A program made the translations under genes and the position numbers. A model generated the notes under the pieces. The model did no database searches and was not told the DNA's origin. It saw only the letters and a list, made by a program, of their open reading frames with translations. A DNA stretch of 64,000 nucleotides from Bryobacterales bacterium (GTDB lineage Bacteria > Acidobacteriota > Terriglobia > Bryobacterales > Bryobacteraceae). Shown piece by piece: positions 30,001 to 37,381 of this stretch (positions are counted from its first letter, which is position 1; each line of letters begins with the position of its first letter). The stretch covers positions 1,032-65,031 of the forward strand of contig CAWCVR010000001.1 of assembly GCA_963799105.1 (NCBI GenBank), written 5' to 3'.

Positions 30001-30935
30001 GCGTCACCTCCAAGGTGGCGCTCAAGCCGATCGCCGGCCAACCCCAGCAATTCCGGTGCGGCCGAAAGATACCAGTAGGTATTGGCAGGGTCGACATGGC
30101 CGAGATAGGTTGACAAGATCGCCATGCGGGTCCCGGGTTCGCCTGCCTTGTAGCCATCAATGATGGTGTTGACGGCGAAGCCATGTCGGAGATCATGGAT
30201 CCTCGGCCTGCATGCGGCCGAACGTGGTGAGATACTGCAATGGCGCAGCAGTTTCTGGAATGTCGGCATCACGTTGTTGTAGCGCAGTCGCCTGCCTGCA
30301 GAAGACGACAGCAATGCCGACGTGCCCGCCTGATGAGGACGATCATTGCGGCGCAAGTAGTCCTGCAGTGCCGTGACCACGGTTGGGTGCAACGGCAATT
30401 CGCGCAGCTTGCCGAATTTGCCATTGCGGATCGTGAGCAGGCCATTGATCGCGTCGAAGTCATCGCTGTCGAGGCCGATCGCCTCTCCGACTCGCATTCC
30501 GGTTGCCGCCAGCACGCCAATCAGTGTCCGATACGTTGCCTGCAAGTGGGACCCGCGCACGATCGCTGTCGCCGACATCAGGTTCGAGATTTCGTGTGGC
30601 GAGTAGAGGTACGGTGTTGCTCTGCGCGTTCGACCTGGCAGGATACCCATTGGCGGCACCTGGGTGGCAGGGTCGAGCCCATGGAGGTGTCGGGCGAAGA
30701 TACGAACTTCGGCAAGTCGCCTGGAAGTCCAGCTTGCGTCGGCGCCTGCGGGGAGACTTGCCCAGGCCAGCGCAGTTTCGGTTGTCAGACATTTTTCGCC
30801 GCGATTTTCGACGAAGGAAACGAACTGGCCGAGAAGTCGCTCTGTTTTGTCGAGCTTGTAACCAAGGGCGCGACGCATGGCCAGATACTCTGTGAGAGCT
30901 TGGCGAAGGGCGCTCATTGGACGTCTCCCGGCCAT
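29997..30935 (-). CDS. Tyrosine recombinase, middle gene of the trio (RitB position)
   Basis: 312 aa. It has '..IHDLRHGFAV..' and '..LGHVDPANTYWYL' (R..HxxR..Y signature). It overlaps the first gene by 22 nt. Confidence 0.8.
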   Translation of the reverse strand: MAGRRPMSALRQALTEYLAMRRALGYKLDKTERLLGQFVSFVENRGEKCLTTETALAWASLPAGADASWTSRRLAEVRIFARHLHGLDPATQVPPMGILPGRTRRATPYLYSPHEISNLMSATAIVRGSHLQATYRTLIGVLAATGMRVGEAIGLDSDDFDAINGLLTIRNGKFGKLRELPLHPTVVTALQDYLRRNDRPHQAGTSALLSSSAGRRLRYNNVMPTFQKLLRHCSISPRSAACRPRIHDLRHGFAVNTIIDGYKAGEPGTRMAILSTYLGHVDPANTYWYLSAAPELLGLAGDRLERHLGGDA

Positions 30936-32134
30936 GGGCGCGCAATCGTGCGCAAGCCGTTACGGTCGACCTTCGCATAGATCGCTGTCGTCCCGGCACG
31001 AACGTGACGCAAGAGTTGACCGATTTCCGGTAGTGACGCACCGGTACGTAAAAGTTGCGTGGCTGCGGTATGGCGCAGGCGATGCGCGTGGACGCGCCCG
31101 AGATCGGCCCTCCGTGCGGCATCCGCCACGATCGTGCTCACGCGAGTCGGAGTGAGATGGTGATAGGGAGCGACGCATCTTACGAATACGGCCCGGCCCT
31201 GTGCGTTCATGGGGCGGGCCTGTTCCAGGTATTCGACCAGCCTGAGGCCGACGTCCTGCGGCAAGGGAATGCGTTCTACACAGTTTCCCTTGCCGCGCAC
31301 TACGATCGTGCCCGCTCGCCAGTCGATATCGTCCAACATGAGCTTTGCGACCTCGCCGCGTCGTAGTCCCAGCCGGACCAGCAGGGTCAGAACGGCAAGG
31401 TCCCGACAGCCGACGGGGGTATTTGCATGGCATGACGCAAGTAGGCGCTGAACCTGATCGGGCTCAAGTCCCTTGGGCAAACCCACCAATCGACGACGGG
31501 CAACCGATGGCACGGCGCAGACGAGCGATCTTTCCGTGATGCCTTCAAGATGAAGAAAGCCAAGGAACGACCGAAGCGCCGTGACTGTCAACTTCGCCAT
31601 GCCGCTGGTTTGGCGAGGACACCGCGCCACCACAAACGAGATGATATCGGCCGGGCTCAGGTTGCCAAGCTCCAGGGCAAGGCCATCTGCAGAATTCCTG
31701 CTATCCAGAAATGGGCGCAGGCGATTGACATACCCCTCGACCGTAGTGGCTATCAAGGAACGCTCCATGGTCAAAAAGCGCCGATACCGGTCCAGAATTA
31801 TGCTTGCAGGGCCTTCGCGCACAGGCGCCTCAAGGGGAGGAGCCAGCTTCAGCCGGTGGAGATAATCAAGGATCGGACGCAGGGTCATGTGCGTCTTGTG
31901 TCTAGCGAAGCCTGCGGATCTACGGTCGCGTAAGAAACGATCCGCCAGTCTGAATGACAGATCGCCCGCGGTTAATTCCTGGGCCTGCAGCCAATCGCTC
32001 AGATCGGCAAACAGTCTCTTCTTTCTGTGAACGGTACTTGGTGGGTATCCTTGCTGCAGCAGTTCGCCTTCAAAGCCCTGCAAAAGGGCGTCGCGTGAGC
32101 ATACGGCCGGTGTTTCGATGGGTTTGACCAACAT
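30914..32134 (-). CDS. Tyrosine recombinase, first gene of the trio (RitA position)
   Basis: 406 aa. It has '..HAHRLRHTAATQLL..' and '..LLRHVRAGTTAIYAKV'. Confidence 0.8.
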   Translation of the reverse strand: MLVKPIETPAVCSRDALLQGFEGELLQQGYPPSTVHRKKRLFADLSDWLQAQELTAGDLSFRLADRFLRDRRSAGFARHKTHMTLRPILDYLHRLKLAPPLEAPVREGPASIILDRYRRFLTMERSLIATTVEGYVNRLRPFLDSRNSADGLALELGNLSPADIISFVVARCPRQTSGMAKLTVTALRSFLGFLHLEGITERSLVCAVPSVARRRLVGLPKGLEPDQVQRLLASCHANTPVGCRDLAVLTLLVRLGLRRGEVAKLMLDDIDWRAGTIVVRGKGNCVERIPLPQDVGLRLVEYLEQARPMNAQGRAVFVRCVAPYHHLTPTRVSTIVADAARRADLGRVHAHRLRHTAATQLLRTGASLPEIGQLLRHVRAGTTAIYAKVDRNGLRTIARPWPGDVQ

Positions 32135-32186
32135 GAAAACTCCTCTTCTAGGTTTGAAAGAGGAGACCGTAGCACGTGGTCAAACG

Positions 32187-32277
32187 TCTCTGATTATGCC
32201 GACTCCATCGCGGCGATTCCCGCCCCACAGACCGGGTTGCCAACGCAGGTCGGCATAATCCGAACGTCGGCATAATG
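32187..32277. repeat. RIT element inverted repeat, right copy (91 bp)
   Basis: See the left copy. An extra palindrome CCTTATGCCGA-tg-TCGGCATAAGG made from the same motif follows at 32280-32303. Confidence 0.85.
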
Positions 32278-32307
32278 CGCCTTATGCCGATGTCGGCATA
32301 AGGCCCA

Positions 32308-32413
32308 CAGCATCCGGGGCTTTATTTCCGGCAACCTGATGAAGAAGATGGACCTGCCGGTCGAGTCCTTCAAGAACGAGGCCGGCGAACGCACGTATCG
32401 CCTTGCCAAGTAG
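32308..32413 (+). pseudogene. 3' part of the RIT-interrupted DUF3489-type gene
   Basis: The frame reads (H)SIRGFISGNLMKKMDLPVESFKNEAGERTYRLAK* with its stop at 32411-32413. It continues the 28573-28928 frame once the element is removed. Confidence 0.7.
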
Positions 32414-32430
32414 GGCGCGCAACGCACCAC

Positions 32431-32461
32431 GCCGCCAGCCGCGAGGTTGGCGGCTTTTCTT
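32431..32461 (+). terminator. Rho-independent terminator after the DUF3489-type gene
   Basis: Stem GCCGCCAGCC, loop gcga, stem GGTTGGCGGC, then TTTTCTT. It is nearly identical to the hairpin at 32852-32884. Confidence 0.6.
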
Positions 32462-32521
32462 CGGCTTCCCGCGATTATTCGCTTGATGTTCCGCGCGACC
32501 GGAGTGATGAATCGAGGTGCC

Positions 32522-32833
32522 ATGAAACATACCACCAAGAAGCAGCAGAAACAGACGCCCACCAACGGGTTCGCAATCCCGCTGACGGACACGACCGACT
32601 TGGGCCTCGCGATGCTGATCGCGGAATCCGAAGACGGCCAGTACGAGCCGGTGGGAGTCGTATGCAGCATCGGCGAGGCGCGCGAGATCGCGGAGAGCGA
32701 CCTCAAAGGCCGGATGCGCCGCCTGGATCGCGACCAGGATCCTGGCCTTTGCCCCTACACCTACAAGGTCTGGGCCAACGGGATCGACGGCGACTACCGC
32801 ATCGCCATTGAACTAACAGCCACCAAACTGTAG
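32522..32833 (+). CDS. Hypothetical small protein (103 aa)
   Basis: ATG 32522 lies 5 nt after GAGGTG. The peptide reads MKHTTKKQQKQTPTNGFAIPLTDTTDLGLAMLIAESEDGQYEPVG... A terminator follows. Confidence 0.6.
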   Translation: MKHTTKKQQKQTPTNGFAIPLTDTTDLGLAMLIAESEDGQYEPVGVVCSIGEAREIAESDLKGRMRRLDRDQDPGLCPYTYKVWANGIDGDYRIAIELTATKL

Positions 32834-32851
32834 GGTAGCCGTCGCACAACC

Positions 32852-32884
32852 GCCGCCAGCCGCAAGGTTGGCGGCTTCTTTCGC
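32852..32884 (+). terminator. Rho-independent terminator (twin of 32431-32461)
   Basis: Stem GCCGCCAGCC, loop gcaa, stem GGTTGGCGGC, then TTCTTTCGCTT. Confidence 0.55.
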
Positions 32885-33089
32885 TTCAGTCCACTTCTAC
32901 GATAACCACTCGCCTGGCATGATCTCTTCTTTCCGAGTGCCCGGCGACCTGACCGGCGCGAGTCGGGCGCAGGCTCCCGAGTTTCGGGAACGGCATCGGC
33001 AACGCGCCCGCGATTATCGGCGCCTCCATGGCAAGACCTCTTCGTGAAACGCCTGAGCGGCCAGTGCGGATGGCTGGCCTTGACATGCT

Positions 33090-35099
33090 TCATTGAGGCG
33101 GCGTGGAGGTTTTCGTTCTGATGCTGCTTAGGATCTCTGGGAAATTCTCTCTCAGGTAATCTGAGAGCGTCAGCTCCTCGGACTTCTGCTTCAAATGATC
33201 ACGAACTAGCTGCATTTCTGCGCGAGCGTTCGCAATAATCTCCGACCACTCCAGCGCCCATAGCGTCATGTTGTCCCATTCGAACAGCACGCCGTGGGGC
33301 TTGTCCTTCTGGTTGCGATCCCGCTCAATTTCCTTGCCGCAGCGGCTCGATACCAAAAAGATGTCCCACCGGGTGGAAGTCGTATCGAATTCATGGGATT
33401 CAAGGATAGTTTCTGCGTAACGGCGGATCTGCTCCGCTTCTTCGCGCCCAAGGCCCACTCTCGGAGCCTTCAGCTCCACCAATAGATGATGGTGTTTCGG
33501 ATGAACGGGGAAATCGCGCGTCGAAGCCAGAAACAGATCTGGTATATCATCGACGCCGCCGACGTTTTCTAAGGCCTGATCATCGATATCCGCCAGACCG
33601 GCCTTTTTCCTGTGACGCCGGATCACTTCCCGAAAACTCTTATCACTGGTTGCAAGGTGGAACTGCGGGCCGAAAATCCAGCAATGGGGGTCGACGATCT
33701 TGTGAAGCTGGCTTCTCTCCCTCACCGTCTTTGCGTCTGGGCCGTATACCAGGATGTGCAGGAGGTCGAGAAACGTCAGCCGGTTCGTAACCTCGGAAGA
33801 CAGCTTTATGATAGACTCCAGCGTTGTCCGTGCCAGCACTTTGCGGAAGCGCTCGATATCCGCATCCGAGAGTTTTGCGACCTCCTGCAACACCTCCAGT
33901 AGATTCTCATTTTCCAGGGACCGCTTGAGGAGCTTGAAAACAAGCTCCTGCTGCTTCCGCGTCATGTTTCCAAGATTCGCCGTCTCGTTTATTTTTTCGA
34001 GAGCAACATCATATACGGCCTGTTCGACTTCAGCGATCGGGTCCTCGCTCTTCTCGCGATAAGGGTAAAAGTCTTCTTGACGTGCCTGTTCAATGAACGT
34101 TGTCTTCCGCTGAGCAAAGATCCTTCTCCCGTATTCATTGATCCGATCCAGTGCCGCTTCTTTCAGGACGGCGTAGCCCTCATCCATATCGATTAGCAGC
34201 TCGCGGTTCGAGGTCACGATCGAATCCAGATACGGGCATTCGACAATGCTGAGATATTGGACTGGAGGGGGCTCTTCGGGTTGAACGCTTGTGACCGTGC
34301 GCCCCTTTGCCGAAAACAGGACTTGTTTCGGGAACCGCGACTGATCGACGGGCCGCTTTAGCATCAAGTGATTAAGCGTCGCCTCCGTCGAGACCTTCTC
34401 CGAGGCGGGAATGATTTCCTTTTCGCGGGACGCGATCAGCTCCTCAACGGCCAACTCCTCTCCATTGACGCGAATGCGGCGATTGGGGTGGCCAAGCAGG
34501 AAGCTGCAATATTGGGACAGTAGATCATTCCCAACGCGGGTCGGCGTTAGGTGATCTTTGCCGGTATCCAGAACGTTGAAAATCTCTATCGTCGTTCCGC
34601 TCGGAGACTCCGCGGAAACGCTCTCCTCCTCAACTTTCAGCCGCTTACTATTGTCTGTTCGGAGCGTGAAGGCAGAGCGCACCTGCCCTGCTGTGCTAGT
34701 CCACGTGCTCACACTTCCGATTCGGTGAACGGCCAAGCGCCCTACCCCTAGCCGGCCGAGGCGCGTTCCATCGCCTTCACCCGTTGGTTCCACGCCAACG
34801 ACTACAAACCGCTCGCGTAGTTCCTCCGGGGAAATCCCTCTGCCGTTGTCAGTGATTACTACTTTCTCGGTGCCACCGAAAGCGTTCTCGACGATCTCGA
34901 TATCAATGAGCGTCGCTCCCGCATCCAGACCATTTGCCACCAGCTCGCCGATTGCTCGGCTGCTAGTGGAATACTTTTGGCTCCCTAGATGCTGTGTTGC
35001 AACCCGACTTTCGTAGCGCCAAGCCAGTTCGTAGGACCGTTTTCTTGCAGTCTTCATCTTCATCAGATCGAACACTCTACAACTACCGCAACTCACCAC
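33090..35099 (-). CDS. GHKL-superfamily ATPase (HATPase_c_3 / paraMORC-like) with a C-terminal PD-(D/E)xK-like nuclease region
   Basis: 669 aa and noticeably lower G+C than the surroundings. The Bergerat N-box is 'GELVANGLDAGA' and the G1 box is 'ITDNGRGIS'. The C-terminal region has 'IPDLFLAS..HHLLVELKAP' (D..ExK). The start is uncertain: GTG 35099 or ATG 35063. Confidence 0.7.
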   Translation of the reverse strand: MVSCGSCRVFDLMKMKTARKRSYELAWRYESRVATQHLGSQKYSTSSRAIGELVANGLDAGATLIDIEIVENAFGGTEKVVITDNGRGISPEELRERFVVVGVEPTGEGDGTRLGRLGVGRLAVHRIGSVSTWTSTAGQVRSAFTLRTDNSKRLKVEEESVSAESPSGTTIEIFNVLDTGKDHLTPTRVGNDLLSQYCSFLLGHPNRRIRVNGEELAVEELIASREKEIIPASEKVSTEATLNHLMLKRPVDQSRFPKQVLFSAKGRTVTSVQPEEPPPVQYLSIVECPYLDSIVTSNRELLIDMDEGYAVLKEAALDRINEYGRRIFAQRKTTFIEQARQEDFYPYREKSEDPIAEVEQAVYDVALEKINETANLGNMTRKQQELVFKLLKRSLENENLLEVLQEVAKLSDADIERFRKVLARTTLESIIKLSSEVTNRLTFLDLLHILVYGPDAKTVRERSQLHKIVDPHCWIFGPQFHLATSDKSFREVIRRHRKKAGLADIDDQALENVGGVDDIPDLFLASTRDFPVHPKHHHLLVELKAPRVGLGREEAEQIRRYAETILESHEFDTTSTRWDIFLVSSRCGKEIERDRNQKDKPHGVLFEWDNMTLWALEWSEIIANARAEMQLVRDHLKQKSEELTLSDYLRENFPEILSSIRTKTSTPPQ

Positions 35100-35138
35100 T
35101 GCCGTGCAAACATGCGTTGGATAGTGTTATGAGCAACA

Positions 35139-35345
35139 TCAGTATTCGGCTCGCATTTCTGCCTCCAGAATCCTCAACTCGGCCGACCAGTCTGCCAGCG
35201 CCATGCATAGGCCCTCGACGTCAGGGTGCCCGGCGAGGAGCAACAACTCCGCGGCTGCAATCTCGTCGCGGCACCGGTCCACCTCACGCTGCCACTGCGC
35301 TTCGCTCTGCGGCGACCACGCTGTGGCTTCTCCCGTCGGAGTCAA
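35139..35345 (-). CDS. Small hypothetical protein (at most 68 aa; start uncertain)
   Basis: The track ORF has a TTG start. Its 5' end overlaps the corrected-frame C-terminus of the methyltransferase, so the true start may be the internal GTG (VDRCRDEIAAAELLLLAGHPD..). Confidence 0.3.
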   Translation of the reverse strand: MTPTGEATAWSPQSEAQWQREVDRCRDEIAAAELLLLAGHPDVEGLCMALADWSAELRILEAEMRAEY

Positions 35346-36544
35346 GCTTCGCCTCTTGACCGGTGAATTCCTGCCAACGCCGAATAATCACGTCGCAGTA
35401 CTTCGGCTCCAATTCGATCAGCCGCGCCTGGCGCCCGGCCTTCTCGCACGCGATCAACGTCGTGCCAGACCCGCCAAACGGATCGAGTACCGTATCGCGC
35501 GCCCTTGCTACTGTTGCGCACGGCGCGCTCGACCAGCTCGACCGGCTTCATCGTCGGGTGCAGATCGTTGACGTGGGGCTTCTTGATGAACCACACGTCG
35601 CCCTGGTCGCGGGCGCCGCACCAAAAGTGATCCGCGCCTTCCTTCCACCCGTAGAGGATCGGCTCGTACTGCCGTTGATAGTCCGACCGCCCCATCGTGA
35701 ACGTGTTCTTCGCCCAGACGACGAACGTGGACCAGTGGCCGCCCGCATCGCGGAACACCCTCTGGAGGGTGTGGATCTCCGAGGACGACATGCAGATGTA
35801 AAGCGCGCCCTTGCAGACCGCCAGCATGTTCACGCTGGCGTCGCGCAGGAACCGCTCGAAGTCGGCCCCCAAGTTATCGTTTGCGATTGGCCGGTGCGTG
35901 CCGCGGAGCGTGTCCTTCATGGTCGCCCCGTAGTTCACGTTGTACGGTGGATCGCAGAAGACCATGTCGGCCAGGCCGCCGGCCAGCACCTTCTCCACGG
36001 CTTCCATCTGCGTGGCATCGCCGCACAGCAGCCGGTGCTCCCCGAGAGTCCAGACATCGCCGGGAAGGGTGACGGCGGTCTCCGGCGTCTCCGGAACGGC
36101 GTCCTCGTCGGTCAGGCCCTCGTTTGTCCCCTCCGGGTCCGCCAGGATGATCTCCAATTCCTCTGCGGAGAACCCGATCAGGTCGAGGTTGAATCCGTTG
36201 ACCTCCAGATCCTGCAACTCGACCCGCAGCATCTCCTCGTCCCATCCCGCGTTGAGCGCGAGTTTGTTGTCGGCCAGGACCAGCGCGCGCCGTTGCGCTT
36301 CGGTCAGGTGGCCGAGGACGATCACCGGGACCTCGGCCATCTTCAACTTGCGGGCGGCCAGCAGGCGGGCATGACCCGCGATGATAACGCCGTTCGCGCC
36401 GACCAGAATCGGAGACGTCCACCCAAACTCCACGATGCTGGCAGCGACCTGGGCGATCTGCTCGTCGGAATGCGTCCGCGAATTGCGGGCGTACGGGATC
36501 AGCCGGTCGATCAGCCACTGCTCGATATGGAGATCGGTCTTCAA
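35284..36544 (-). pseudogene. ParB-like nuclease domain + DNA methyltransferase (beta-class N6A/N4C), with one +1 frame break
   Basis: TTG start at 36544. The ParB-N region has 'IPYARNSRTHSDEQIAQVAASIVEFGW'. Motif IV is 'FCDPPYN'. At ~35497 the frame breaks. Motif I 'DTVLDPFGGSGTTLIACEKAGRQARLIELEPKYCDVIIRRWQEFTG' appears only in the next frame, which stops at 35286-35284. Confidence 0.75.
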
Positions 36545-36700
36545 GATGCCTTCCTTCGAGGGCCATAGTGAGGGTTAGGCCCGTTGTGCTTGATCGCACC
36601 GGAGTCCTGCGCCTTCGGGTTCAACACCTGCTCCGATCCACGATGCACGCAGCCGCGACGGACGCGAACGTCTGTCCGGTGGCTTCGAGCGTCGGTTCAG
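36541..36700 (-). pseudogene. C-terminal relic of a third ParB-methyltransferase paralogue
   Basis: The translation ..PTLEATGQTFASVAAA.. / ..EQVLNPKAQDSGAIKHNGPNPHYGPRRKAS* parallels the C-terminus of the 37378-39021 protein (..PVLEATGQALAEVAAA..LNPRAVDSRAIKHHGVNPYYGPRKK..). The 24-residue block shares 17/24 residues. No N-terminal part is present. Its TGA overlaps the TTG start of the next gene. Confidence 0.5.
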
Positions 36701-36849
36701 GGCGTACGGCAGCAGCCGGTCAGCGCGGCGCAAGGTTCGATTTGCGTGGGTGGGTCGATAGTATGTACGTTAAGCAACCCCAGGCGCTTGCGATGGTGAT
36801 AGGATAAGAGCCGTAAGCAGGTAAATTGCAATCCAGGAGGAACCGCCAA

Positions 36850-37029
36850 ATGGCGAATGTAGGTGATAAGTGTTCCGTGGGGACTCACGCGCCCGATACG
36901 GGCCGCTATAAACACTCCGCTTGCCAGAATACGGAGATTTTCAACAAAGGCAACATCTTAGCTCCATGTGCAAATGGGCAGTGTCCGAACAAAGGGGCGG
37001 ACTGGATTCTCCAACAAAAACTCACTTAG
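36850..37029 (+). CDS. Small Cys-rich (zinc-ribbon-like) protein, 59 aa
   Basis: ATG 36850 lies 9 nt after AGGAGG (36835-36840). The peptide is MANVGDKCSVGTHAPDTGRYKHSACQNTEIFNKGNILAPCANGQCPNKGADWILQQKLT, with four Cys. It lies in the low-G+C islet and converges on the next gene with an 8-nt overlap. Confidence 0.55.
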   Translation: MANVGDKCSVGTHAPDTGRYKHSACQNTEIFNKGNILAPCANGQCPNKGADWILQQKLT

Positions 37030-37381
37030 ATCGCTCAATAAAATTGACTATCTCGCGATCTGCATATCCGAACAATTTTCCCATGCTCCATATACCCAGT
37101 TCCGATGTGGGAGCGGATTGCAAATGGTCAACAAGGCGTTTCGCCAACTTGTCGCGATAGATCCAGAGTGAAACGCGGCGCGAATTAAGTCGTTCAATCG
37201 CCGACTTACAGCCCTCTTGCGCGACGAGAGGGATTAGTTTGCTTATGTATACGCTCGGGCAGTTTATTTGTCCGGCGAGACGCGAGCCTGTTTTTACCTG
37301 CTCGCAGTATGCAACTACTTGCCCGGCTAAATAGCCCTCAACATACTGATCTTTTCCGAGTTGACGCGGCTGGCGCTTCAT
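37022..37381 (-). CDS. Hypothetical protein (119 aa) translationally coupled to the ParB-methyltransferase
   Basis: ATG 37381 overlaps the methyltransferase stop as ATGA. The gene is low in G+C. The peptide reads MKRQPRQLGKDQYVEGYLAGQVVAYCEQVK... I recognise no family. Confidence 0.55.
   Translation of the reverse strand: MKRQPRQLGKDQYVEGYLAGQVVAYCEQVKTGSRLAGQINCPSVYISKLIPLVAQEGCKSAIERLNSRRVSLWIYRDKLAKRLVDHLQSAPTSELGIWSMGKLFGYADREIVNFIERSK

Larger units (their letters stand above)
28929..32307 (-). mobile_element. Recombinase-in-trio (RIT) element, ~3.38 kb
   Basis: Three tandem, overlapping tyrosine-recombinase genes are bounded by 91-bp inverted repeats. Deleting 28929-32307 rejoins the host ORF as ..TDWQNH|SIRGFISGNL... 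CCA is present at both junctions (28926-28928 and 32305-32307). Confidence 0.85.
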
